The notes under the pieces are model-generated. The model was not told where the DNA came from. It ran no database searches and worked only from the letters and a program-made list of their open reading frames with translations. Source: Parcubacteria group bacterium (GTDB lineage: Bacteria > Patescibacteriota > Patescibacteriia > UBA1558 > GWA2-36-10). Taken from it: 64,000 bases of DNA. Below, one piece after another: positions 47,344 through 55,883 of the stretch; the first letter of the stretch is position 1, and each line of letters opens with the position of its first letter. The stretch covers positions 67,527-131,526 of the forward strand of contig PQAE01000002.1 of assembly GCA_003104935.1 (NCBI GenBank). The letters are read 5' to 3'. The position numbers and the translations under genes are program-made.

Positions 47344-47740
47344 AGAAAAAAATTAATACTTATAGCTCCATTATACAATATCGGGCTGATAAAATCCAAT
47401 AAAAAATAGTAGCTCTGAGGCTAACGATAAGCACCACGGAATCTGATCAGAAGATCAGAGACTGAGGTTTTGCACTCTGCCCGGCAAAAAGGAGGGGCAT
47501 CGCCGGCCAAAGACTTAACGTTAGCATCAGAGCTACCATTGACTAGGCACTTTATCACCGGATTTTTACTTTGTCAAGAAAATAAGTATACCCTAGTGCT
47601 CCCGCGCTACGGGATTCATTATCTATAGTGGTCAATAGAACCACGTCCCCGCCTGCCATGCCAAGACACTGGCGGGCAGGTCGCCCCGTAGCGACCCCGT
47701 TAGACGCACTGGCGTCTAACAAGGTTAATATAAACAAAAA

Positions 47741-47765
47741 GGGACCCGCCCGAAAGCGAGTCCCC
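47741..47765 (-). terminator. intrinsic terminator downstream of the acidic small ORF
   Basis: On the minus strand, GGGGACTCGC-TTTC-GGGCGGGTCCC followed by TTTTTG. Confidence 0.45.
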
Positions 47766-47789
47766 TAAAAAAGCAGCGATTGACCGCTG

Positions 47790-47978
47790 TTAATCGTCCC
47801 AGTCCTCAGGATAGTCGTCATCTTGTTCCGGCCAACCAAGGTTCAAACCATGTAGCTCGTGGTCTTCGTCGACAGGATCTTCATCGCCGTCAACCGAAGG
47901 AATCTCTAGAGGGATCAACTCGCTGTCTTCCTCATCATCGCCGGGGAAAAAATAGATCCCAAACACAGGGATACACAA
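47790..47978 (-). CDS. hypothetical highly acidic small protein (GC-rich islet)
   Basis: 62 aa with a TTG start preceded by GGAGGTG. About 45% of the residues are Asp/Glu. A terminator follows. Confidence 0.35.
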   Translation of the reverse strand: MCIPVFGIYFFPGDDEEDSELIPLEIPSVDGDEDPVDEDHELHGLNLGWPEQDDDYPEDWDD

Positions 47979-48157
47979 GTGAGCACCTCCATCAGGTTTT
48001 GAAGCCAGTCTGAATCAGGACTTAAGAAAATAACAAACAACACTAATTATTGCTCAAAATGAATACCCTGTCAATTAAAACCGATAATAAAAAACGACAT
48101 TTTTTGCCAAAAAAAACAAATAATGGTATATTCAAAATGGGTTTTTACCCGAAATAT

Positions 48158-48616
48158 ATGCCTATTTTAGCCAAAAACAAAGACCTCGGCTTTAGCTTCA
48201 AGATTCTGGACGAACTTGAAGCCGGTTTGGTTTTAAGCGGCCAGGAAGTCCGCTCGGCTAAACAGGGAAACATCAGTCTCAAAGGCGCCTTTGTTTCCAT
48301 AAAAAACGGCCGGGCCTGGCTGAAAAATATGCATATTACCGCCTATGATAAGGCTAGTCATGATCTGAAAAATTATAACCCCGACCGCGATCGGGAATTA
48401 CTTTTGCACCAGAAGGAACTGCAATATTTAGGGGCTAAAACCCAGGCTGAGGGCTTGACAATCATGCCCATTTCCGTGTATACTACGCGCAGACTTGTTA
48501 AGGTCAAAGTGGCCTTAGTCAAGGGAAAAAAGAAATTTGACAAGCGAGCGGACATCAAAAAACGAGAAATTGATCGTCGCATCGCCCAAAAGTTAAAAGG
48601 TAACTACCGAAGATAA
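48158..48616 (+). CDS. smpB: SsrA-binding protein
   Basis: LAKNK...ILDELEAGLVLSGQEVRS...GRAWLKNMHITAY...RELLLHQKE matches the SmpB signature. A TTGCCA-17-TATATT promoter at 48100-48128 argues for an internal start. Confidence 0.85.
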   Translation: MPILAKNKDLGFSFKILDELEAGLVLSGQEVRSAKQGNISLKGAFVSIKNGRAWLKNMHITAYDKASHDLKNYNPDRDRELLLHQKELQYLGAKTQAEGLTIMPISVYTTRRLVKVKVALVKGKKKFDKRADIKKREIDRRIAQKLKGNYRR

Positions 48617-48656
48617 TGCTTTATACTTGTTACTTTTTACTTTATACTTAGCTTAC

Positions 48657-49040
48657 GGGGATGTCTTTATTCGATGTCAGATGAAGTGATTTGTGGCAAG
48701 CGGAGTCTGCTATCTCCTTAAAAAGGCTAACAAAATAAGTGCCAAAAACTTATTTGCCAAAGTCCAGGGACTGTTCGCAGTTCCGAGACTGGCCCCAGTT
48801 TTAGCATAAATTTGCTGAAACCATCTCTAGCCAGGTTCGCCTGAGACGGGCTACGGGGTGTCATTTATCGGGATAGAAATAATTCGCGCCGACCGGATTA
48901 TTTCGAAACTAAGATCGGCTGGATGATCAGTGTTTTGCTAATTTTTAAGCTGATGATCGAGAACCAAAAAATTAACTAAGCTTGTAGAAATAAATCAGGA
49001 CATTTGTCAGACAGGGGTGTAATACCCCTCATCTCCACCA
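48657..49040 (+). ncRNA. ssrA: tmRNA (transfer-messenger RNA)
   Basis: 5' GGGGATG..TTCGATG and 3' AGGGG-TGTAATA-CCCCT CATCTCC A CCA. The acceptor stem has the G3-U70 Ala identity pair and a discriminator A. A candidate tag reading frame ends ...GCAGTTCCGAGACTGGCCCCAGTTTTAGCATAA (AVPRLAPVLA*). It is adjacent to smpB. The T-loop is atypical. Confidence 0.65.
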
Positions 49041-49140
49041 TCCTTCGCTCGGCGTAGCCGAGCTTCGGATGGCTGAGCCATCCGAACGAGCCGCAGGCTC
49101 GAAGAAGGATGGTGTCGTCCGAAGCCTCTGGCGAAGGACG
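49041..49140. repeat. palindromic multi-hairpin element abutting the tmRNA 3' end
   Basis: Three perfect hairpins: GCTCGGC-GTA-GCCGAGC; TTCGGATGGCT-G-AGCCATCCGAA; CGAGCC-GCA-GGCTCG. They are followed by GAAGGATGGTG, which is inverted relative to the tmRNA 3' end CACCATCCTTC. Related CACCATCC/GGATGG motifs occur at 43097-43140 and 44048-44085. Confidence 0.4.
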
Positions 49141-49218
49141 ATAAATGAATTAACATTTATATTCTCCCACTCCCTACAAGGACAGGGAGAACGCCAAAAA
49201 ATAAATTAATAAAAAACT

Positions 49219-49743
49219 ATACTGAACAAAAAACCAAATTGGCAATCTGCCGGACGCCAATATCGCGTCAACGAGCAGATCCGCAGTGCTCAGGTCGATG
49301 TCATCGACGAAGACGGCACCCGGCTCGGTATCTTGCCCACCAGGCAAGCTATTGATCTGGCTTATGAAAAAAATATCGACCTGGTCGAGGTCTCTCCCCT
49401 GTCCGATACTCCCGTCTGCAAGATTATGGACTACGGTAAATTCCTTTACCAACAGCGCCGTAGCCAGCAAAAAAATAAGGTCCTGGATACCAAGGGAGTG
49501 CGTTTGACCTTTAAGATGGGCCAGCATGACCTGGATATCAGAAAAGCTCAGGCCGAAAAATTTTTATCCAAGGGCCATAAGGTGCGGGTGGAGCTCCGCC
49601 TGCGCGGTCGGGAAAAAGCTTTCCGCAATCAGGCCAAAGAGCTTATAACTAACTTTATCAATCAACTTAGTACTGGCTACAAAGCCGACAAGAGCATCGA
49701 AATTATGGGACCGACCCTGAGCATCCTGATTTATAAAAAGTAA
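49219..49743 (+). CDS. infC: translation initiation factor IF-3, probable non-AUG start
   Basis: The track ORF (49333..) is preceded in frame by RVNEQIRSAQVDVIDEDGTRLGI, the IF-3 N-terminal domain. There is no in-frame ATG after the upstream stops. The candidate start is ATA at 49219 (CTG is an alternative). The C-terminal domain has KGVRLTFKMGQHDLDIRK. Confidence 0.75.
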   Translation: MLNKKPNWQSAGRQYRVNEQIRSAQVDVIDEDGTRLGILPTRQAIDLAYEKNIDLVEVSPLSDTPVCKIMDYGKFLYQQRRSQQKNKVLDTKGVRLTFKMGQHDLDIRKAQAEKFLSKGHKVRVELRLRGREKAFRNQAKELITNFINQLSTGYKADKSIEIMGPTLSILIYKK

Positions 49744-49749
49744 ACTTTT

Positions 49750-49944
49750 ATGAAATTAAAGACCAAGAAATTAGTTGCCAAGAGAGTGCGCATCACCCGC
49801 CGCAAAAAAATTATGATCCGCCCCGGTGGACAGGATCATTTTAATTCCCGCGAAAGCGGCAAGGTCACCCGCAATAAACGGACTGACAAAACTATTGCCG
49901 TGGTCAATGCCCGCAATATCCGTCGGCTTTTGCCTTATTCCTAA
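49750..49944 (+). CDS. rpmI: 50S ribosomal protein L35
   Basis: MKLKTKKLVAKRVRITRRKKIMIRP... Conserved infC-rpmI-rplT order. Confidence 0.85.
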   Translation: MKLKTKKLVAKRVRITRRKKIMIRPGGQDHFNSRESGKVTRNKRTDKTIAVVNARNIRRLLPYS

Positions 49945-49962
49945 TATTAACAATACCAAATT

Positions 49963-50307
49963 ATGCCTAGAGTAAAACGCGGTACCACTCATGTTAAACA
50001 CCGCAAAAACATATTAAAAAAAACCAAGGGCTTTAAATGGGGACGGAAAAATAAAATCCGCGCCGCTAAGGAAGCCATTCTTCATGCCGGGGTCAATGCC
50101 CAGCGCGACCGCCACCGCAAAAAGAGGGTACACCGCGCTCTCTGGCAAACCAAACTTAATGCCGCTCTGCGGCCATTGGGATCCAAATACTCTACTTTTA
50201 TTGATCAGCTTAAGAAAAATAAAATAGCGTTGGACCGCAAAGTGCTTGCCCAACTAGCCGAGCATAACCCCAAAGTGTTTGCGGCTATAGTAAAAGAATT
50301 AAAGTAG
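49963..50307 (+). CDS. rplT: 50S ribosomal protein L20
   Basis: MPRVKRGTTHVKHRKNILKKTKGF... Confidence 0.9.
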   Translation: MPRVKRGTTHVKHRKNILKKTKGFKWGRKNKIRAAKEAILHAGVNAQRDRHRKKRVHRALWQTKLNAALRPLGSKYSTFIDQLKKNKIALDRKVLAQLAEHNPKVFAAIVKELK

Positions 50308-50315
50308 TAAATTAT

Positions 50316-50759
50316 TTAAAAAATCTGTCCTGAGCGAAGTCGATGGGCAGTTTTTTTTATTTTACTTTTTAAACTTAATGGCGCCTGTTTCAAAAAAATA
50401 ACCATACCCAGGTAGACGCCGATAGCATCGATAAAGATATCAATCGGACTGCCCTTCCGGCCGGGTACATAGACCTGATGTTGCTCGTCCGATAGAGAAT
50501 AAGCAATAGCCAGCACTACTGCTCCGGCCACAGCCTCATTTTTGCGGCTGTTTAAACCGCGGGCAATTAAGTAGCTTAAAACAGCATACTCGCTGATATG
50601 GGCCAGTTTGCGGGAAATCAGGTCATAGAGACTGGGTAGGCTACTTTTTAGATCCGGTATTGACGATAAATAAAATATCAAAACCGCCCAGATGATGGCG
50701 CAAATAAAGTATCTATATTTTAACTTGATACTAGGCATAATTGATATAAAGTATAGCAA
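50316..50759 (-). CDS. VanZ-like family membrane protein
   Basis: 147 aa with 4 TM helices and SDEQHQVYVPGRKGSPIDIFIDAIG, matching the VanZ family motif. Confidence 0.65.
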   Translation of the reverse strand: MLYFISIMPSIKLKYRYFICAIIWAVLIFYLSSIPDLKSSLPSLYDLISRKLAHISEYAVLSYLIARGLNSRKNEAVAGAVVLAIAYSLSDEQHQVYVPGRKGSPIDIFIDAIGVYLGMVIFLKQAPLSLKSKIKKTAHRLRSGQIF

Positions 50760-50829
50760 AAAATGACTGATTTTAAAACCCTGTCGCGTCAGACGCGACA
50801 GGGTTTTGTGGGCCGTTGTAAGCCCCTAG

Positions 50830-52161
50830 TTAGAGGACCTCTTGACCCAGAGAGGCCAGAGGAGAACGTACGGTGTCGTGAAAGGTAACAATCCCCACGA
50901 TGCGATTGCCGACCATCTTCTTGATGGCATAGGCCAGACCGCTGGATCGCCGGTCTACGCGAGACCGATCAATCTGGTCCAAATCGCCCGTGAAGACAAT
51001 CTTAGTATCCCTCCCCGCCCTAGTGATGATCGTTTTGATCATGTGGGGCGTCAAGTTTTGAGCCTCGTCGATAATCAAATAGACATGATGATAAGTCATG
51101 CCCCGAATGTAATCCAGGGGTTCCAGGATCAGACCGCCCCGGTTACGCATCTGATCGATCGTCTTTTGGTTGGACCGGCCGTCAACCTGCCCTAAGAAAA
51201 CTAGAGCTTGTTCGATCGGCCGAGCCCAGGGGCTCATCTTTGCTTCTTCATCACCCGGCAGAAAACCCATCCGATCGACATCTTCCAGATGAATCATAGG
51301 CCGCGTGATAACGATGCGTTTGTAGTGTTGCTTCTGCTCCAATCCGGCGGCCAAAGCCAGCAGAGTTTTACCGGTCCCGGCCACCCCTTCCAGGAAGACT
51401 AGTTGGACGTCACGATCCTTGAGTAGCCCCATGGCCGCGTGTTGGGTCCAGTTGGCCCCATTGCCGTTCATGGAAGCCGGCCGCAAACCGACCAGGTCAA
51501 TATCCGGGGGCACGATGTGGAAATTCCTTTCCTTACGGATAGCCACAAAGCGCTGGCCCCAGACACTGCTTTCCTGAACTTCCGGATCGTAGTCACTCTC
51601 GCAGATCACTGCTTCGTTGAGCGCGACACCCTCATGTTCCGCCGAAACAAAGGGGAATGTCTCGCCGTCTTCAGAAATCTGGTCGATCGAGACCCTGACT
51701 ACTTTCATCGGCTCATGGAAAAGAGGCCCTACCTGGTTATGGCGATAGTCGCCTACCTCCATATTATAGCCCAAATCCCTGGCCAACAGACGGAGAGCTG
51801 GGTCGCGAGAAACCAACTTGACGTTGTCGTATCTATGTTTTTCGCTGTTCAGAGATCGGGCGGCCGCTAGGACCTGGTGAGCTGGATCATTTCGGTTGAG
51901 ATATTCCAGACCGGAAAAGTCCGGATTCTTCACCATTTGCAGGCTACTGTCGTTTTTGGTTCGGAGAGCCTCCAATTTTTCGATGGCGGTCAGAGCATCC
52001 AGACTAAAGTCCGGCTTATTTCTGAGCTTACCCAGCTCAATGACGACTGACCAGGGTACGATCAGAGTATTCCGACCGTCTTCCAGCAAAACCTCGATGG
52101 CATCGGGGTCGTGGATCAGCACACTGCTATCCACGATGATCGCGTTTCTGGGCATCCACAC
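50830..52161 (-). CDS. PhoH-family ATPase with an N-terminal PIN domain (YlaK-like); GC-rich
   Basis: 443 aa with an N-terminal PIN-like region and the Walker A GVAGTGKTLLALAAG. About 55% GC. Confidence 0.8.
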   Translation of the reverse strand: MWMPRNAIIVDSSVLIHDPDAIEVLLEDGRNTLIVPWSVVIELGKLRNKPDFSLDALTAIEKLEALRTKNDSSLQMVKNPDFSGLEYLNRNDPAHQVLAAARSLNSEKHRYDNVKLVSRDPALRLLARDLGYNMEVGDYRHNQVGPLFHEPMKVVRVSIDQISEDGETFPFVSAEHEGVALNEAVICESDYDPEVQESSVWGQRFVAIRKERNFHIVPPDIDLVGLRPASMNGNGANWTQHAAMGLLKDRDVQLVFLEGVAGTGKTLLALAAGLEQKQHYKRIVITRPMIHLEDVDRMGFLPGDEEAKMSPWARPIEQALVFLGQVDGRSNQKTIDQMRNRGGLILEPLDYIRGMTYHHVYLIIDEAQNLTPHMIKTIITRAGRDTKIVFTGDLDQIDRSRVDRRSSGLAYAIKKMVGNRIVGIVTFHDTVRSPLASLGQEVL

Positions 52162-52324
52162 ACCTTCCCTTCGTCAGCAGACGGAAAACTGAAAAAACAC
52201 CTGACGTTTTCCTCAAAAATCATTTAAAGGTACCAAAAAGTCTCTATACTTTACTGGCAAACTAATCTTTTGTCAAAAAAAATAAAGGACTTAAAAAATC
52301 CTTTTTCCCGGCTTTTTTCGGATA

Positions 52325-52699
52325 CTACTTTAAGGATCTTTTCACTTTTTGCACTACCTGTTCTAGTGTCCAATCCGTCTTAACCAGATAATCCAAAGTT
52401 TTGTCCTGGCTCAAAGTGGACTCCCGGGGCACGTTGGAGAGATTGGTTAAAATAATGACCTTAGCTTCTTGACCCCAGGAATCTTCCCGGAGCTTGGCCA
52501 GCATGGTCAGACCGTCCATCCGGGGCATGATGATATCCAGCAGAATTATATCCGGATGTTCGGCCAAAGCAATGTTTAGACCGTCTAAGCCATCGTGTGC
52601 CGTCAGTACCTTAAAGTCTTGAGAAAACTTATGCTTTAAAGCCATGAGTTGAGGAGCCTCGTCTTCCACAATTAAAATTTTATTCTTGGTCTTGGCCAT
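52325..52699 (-). CDS. single-domain response regulator (CheY-like receiver)
   Basis: 124 aa with ILIVEDE...DIILLDIIMPRMDG...KVIILT and no output domain. Confidence 0.8.
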   Translation of the reverse strand: MAKTKNKILIVEDEAPQLMALKHKFSQDFKVLTAHDGLDGLNIALAEHPDIILLDIIMPRMDGLTMLAKLREDSWGQEAKVIILTNLSNVPRESTLSQDKTLDYLVKTDWTLEQVVQKVKRSLK

Positions 52700-52706
52700 A
52701 TGAATA

Positions 52707-53090
52707 TTATAAAATACCCTTTATTTCGGAAATAATATCGTCTAACTTATAATTTGCTTTAGTAAAATATTTATTGACACCAAGATTTAAATAGGCCGAA
52801 ACTTTTTGCTCGCTGGCCGTATTGGATACTACAAAAATCGGAATATTTCTAAAGGAGCTGTTTTCTTCCTTGACTTTTACGACAAAATCCAAACCACTTT
52901 CCTTTCCCAGAAGATAGTGATCTACCCACAAACAAGCGATGTCTTTTATAGTTTCAAGGTATTGCCAAGCTTGACCTGCTGAGCGAGCAGTAACGGTATT
53001 AAAACCTTCGTGTTCAAATTTATCTTTGATGATGCGCTGTAGCGCCATCTCGTCTTCTAAAATCAAGATGCTTTTTTTGATATCGGACAT
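52707..53090 (-). CDS. single-domain response regulator (CheY-like receiver, divergent)
   Basis: 127 aa with ILILEDE...LWVDHYLLG...IFVVSN and no output domain. Confidence 0.7.
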   Translation of the reverse strand: MSDIKKSILILEDEMALQRIIKDKFEHEGFNTVTARSAGQAWQYLETIKDIACLWVDHYLLGKESGLDFVVKVKEENSSFRNIPIFVVSNTASEQKVSAYLNLGVNKYFTKANYKLDDIISEIKGIL

Positions 53091-53111
53091 AAAATAATAT
53101 AAATTAATTAT

Positions 53112-55835
53112 CTATTCTCCTTTATATTCTAAAGTCTTACTCCCCTCTTTTTTGGCCACCCCCTTGAGCGGTACGGTCACATAAAAAATACTGCCTTTGT
53201 TTTCGGCGGATTCAAACCAGACTTTGCCGCCAAACTGATCGATGATCGCCTTGACTATATAGAGACCCAGTCCGGTACCGTCTGTCTCTTTGACCCGGGC
53301 ATTATCCGCCCGAAACAATTTTTGAAATATCCGGGCCTGGTCGCTCTTGGGGATACCCATACCATTGTCCGAAACCGCGATCTGCGCCTCGCTACCGGTA
53401 TTTTTTATTTCAACTGTTATCTTTCCTTTTTCCGGGGTGTATTTGACGGCATTGCTGATATAATTTTGCAAAACTATGCGGGCCAGCTTGGGATCGAGAC
53501 TAATCAGGGGCAATTTCGGATCATATTTTTCCGTAATATTTAATTTTTTCTCCACGACCTTGGGCTTCATTTCATTGACCACACTTTTTGCCAAATCAGA
53601 AAGCTTGGTGGGTTCGGGATCAATGGCTAAGGTACCTAGTTCTATACGGGAAACATTGAGCAAGGCATTGACCAAAGCCACCATACGCTGGTTACCCTTA
53701 TAGATTTCTTCCATGTATTCTTTTTGGTTTTTATTGATTTTGCCGGCATCACCGGCCAACAACATCTCGGCATACCAATTAATGGCCGACAAAGGCGTCC
53801 GCAGTTGATGTGATGCCAAAGAAACAAACTCGGTTTTGGCTTTATCAATTGCTTTAAGCACGGTCACATCGCGGGCAATTACCGAGATAAACATTGGTTT
53901 TCCGCCCTTATCGTGAACCGGTGAAACTGTTAGAGTAACGTCAATAACGGTACCATCTTTTTTTAGACGTCTGGTATCAAAATTATCCAAACGAATATTC
54001 CGCTTAGCTTTAGCCAATATTTCATCTAGTTCCTTAAAAAGTTCTTTGGGTATGATAATGTCTTTGATGTCTCTGCCGATTGCCTCTTTAGCGCTATAGC
54101 CATAGATATTTTCCGCTCCTTTGTTCCAAGTAAGTATTTTTCCATTAAAATCTTTGGTAATAATAGCCTCACTGGTATCCCGCACAATACTAGCCAATCG
54201 CTCATTTACTTCGGCGATCTTTTTTTCACTAGTAATATCCTGCTCTATACCCACAAAAAATTTTACCCGTTTTTTTTCATCTAAAACTGGCGAAATACTG
54301 GCTAAGGCAATATAATGTTCTCCATTTTTTCGACGGTTGTTAATCTCCCCACTAAAAGTCCTCTTCTGAGACTTGATCGTCTGCCATAATTTTTTATAAA
54401 AGTCCTGTGACATTAATCCGCCCCACAAATCTTTGGCTCCGGCTTTTTTGCCAATTACGTCATTTGGTTTAAAACCGGTGATTCTCTCCACTGCTTTGTT
54501 AGCATAAAGAATCAGGCCGTCTTCATCTGTAATAACAATATGATCCGAAGCGTCTGCTACCGCTAATTTAAACTTTTCCAAATCTTTGGCCACTTCCACG
54601 TATTTAGCGGTACGCTCGCGCACTTTTTTCTCCAAGCCACGGTACAAGGTTTCCAATTTTTCGGTCATATCGGCGAAGGTCTGCACTAATATTCCGGTCT
54701 CCCCCTCCGAAGCTAATATTTTTTTATCAAAACTTACCCTTAAATTTCCTTTGGAAATATCCGCCGCAATTTTGGTCAGAGCGGTAATCGGGCGAGCTAT
54801 GTTACTGGCAAAAAATATCGCTACTAAAATCAAAAAAATAACAGCAATAAAAGTAATTATGATATCGATACGAGCCAGAGCAACCAACGGCGACATGGCC
54901 TCACTAAGATCAATTTTAGCCACCAAACCCCAATTACGCGAAGGTATAAACCTCCAGGCGGCTAAAACCTCGTGACCGGCATAATCAGTACTCAAACCTG
55001 CTCCCGACCGACCCTGCACCGCTTCCATAGCCGGCTTAGCCGCATTGTTTTCCGCTCCGGAGCTAAAGCTTAGAGCGGCGTTTGGATTATTACGCAAGGG
55101 GCTCAAAAACAGAACCCGGTTACTAAATCCTTCTTTAGCCAAACCATGGGGAGTATCCGTGGCACTATTAAATTTCCGCACTATAAATATTTCTCCGGTT
55201 TGCCCCAACTCGGAAAAAACTTGAATCTTTCTGTAGAGCTCTTTGGCGTTTATCTCAATCACCACGATGCCTATAAAATCACCGTTAAAGTCCTTGACCG
55301 GGGCCCCGACCAGAAAAACGACAGAGTGGTCATATTCCTCGTCGGCAAAAAGGTCAGAAATATAGATATTATCTCGAGCATTTTGAAAAGTCAGGTTTCC
55401 CGGATCAGGCAGGACGCCGTCTAAGAGCTCACTGCTATTCTTTTCGTCGGTGGTATAGACGATGCGGCCTTTAGGGTCAGTCAAAATAATTTCCATGACA
55501 TCGCTACGATTTTTATGCCAGGCAGATAGCTGTTGGTTGAGGATATCCTTGGCCTGCAAATATTCGGCACCGGACCGATCACCAGCTAAGCGGGTGATAA
55601 TGGGTAAATTAACCTTGATATTATAATAATCCTGCACGATAGCTATCTGCGACTGCAAATCTTGTAAATATTCCTTGGTAATATTTACTTTGGTGTCGGC
55701 GATAGTTTCCAGAGTGGCGGTGACCTTATTGGTCAAAACCTGGCGGGAATTAGAATAATTTATATACACTAAAAATATCAGCGGCACTATAGCCACTAAC
55801 AGATAGGATAAAATCAACCGGGTTCTGATTTTCAT
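53112..55835 (-). CDS. sensor histidine kinase (TM-Cache-like periplasmic domain-TM-HAMP-PAS/PAC repeats-HisKA-HATPase_c)
   Basis: 907 aa with two TM helices flanking a ~290-aa extracytoplasmic domain. H-box SHQLRTPLSAI, N-box NYISNAVKYT, G-boxes DNGMGIP and GTGLGLYIV. Confidence 0.85.
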   Translation of the reverse strand: MKIRTRLILSYLLVAIVPLIFLVYINYSNSRQVLTNKVTATLETIADTKVNITKEYLQDLQSQIAIVQDYYNIKVNLPIITRLAGDRSGAEYLQAKDILNQQLSAWHKNRSDVMEIILTDPKGRIVYTTDEKNSSELLDGVLPDPGNLTFQNARDNIYISDLFADEEYDHSVVFLVGAPVKDFNGDFIGIVVIEINAKELYRKIQVFSELGQTGEIFIVRKFNSATDTPHGLAKEGFSNRVLFLSPLRNNPNAALSFSSGAENNAAKPAMEAVQGRSGAGLSTDYAGHEVLAAWRFIPSRNWGLVAKIDLSEAMSPLVALARIDIIITFIAVIFLILVAIFFASNIARPITALTKIAADISKGNLRVSFDKKILASEGETGILVQTFADMTEKLETLYRGLEKKVRERTAKYVEVAKDLEKFKLAVADASDHIVITDEDGLILYANKAVERITGFKPNDVIGKKAGAKDLWGGLMSQDFYKKLWQTIKSQKRTFSGEINNRRKNGEHYIALASISPVLDEKKRVKFFVGIEQDITSEKKIAEVNERLASIVRDTSEAIITKDFNGKILTWNKGAENIYGYSAKEAIGRDIKDIIIPKELFKELDEILAKAKRNIRLDNFDTRRLKKDGTVIDVTLTVSPVHDKGGKPMFISVIARDVTVLKAIDKAKTEFVSLASHQLRTPLSAINWYAEMLLAGDAGKINKNQKEYMEEIYKGNQRMVALVNALLNVSRIELGTLAIDPEPTKLSDLAKSVVNEMKPKVVEKKLNITEKYDPKLPLISLDPKLARIVLQNYISNAVKYTPEKGKITVEIKNTGSEAQIAVSDNGMGIPKSDQARIFQKLFRADNARVKETDGTGLGLYIVKAIIDQFGGKVWFESAENKGSIFYVTVPLKGVAKKEGSKTLEYKGE

Positions 55836-55883
55836 AAAAAATATTTAGCTGAAATATTTTTGACGTTTACCACTATTAACTTC

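Noticed and set aside
47555-47737. 60-aa minus-strand ORF
   Set aside because: Its start codon lies inside the terminator hairpin of the acidic small gene and there is no RBS. Probably a chance ORF in GC-rich DNA.
47400-47740. RNase P RNA in the GC-rich structured segment
   Set aside because: Neither strand shows the P4 strands (GGAAAGTCCGGGCTCC / ACAGAACCCGGCTTA) or a GGTAAGAGC-type motif.
47780-48013. 77-aa + strand ORF antisense to the acidic protein
   Set aside because: Arg/Pro/Gly-rich translation typical of a reverse frame. No RBS. The minus-strand acidic ORF has RBS and terminator signals.
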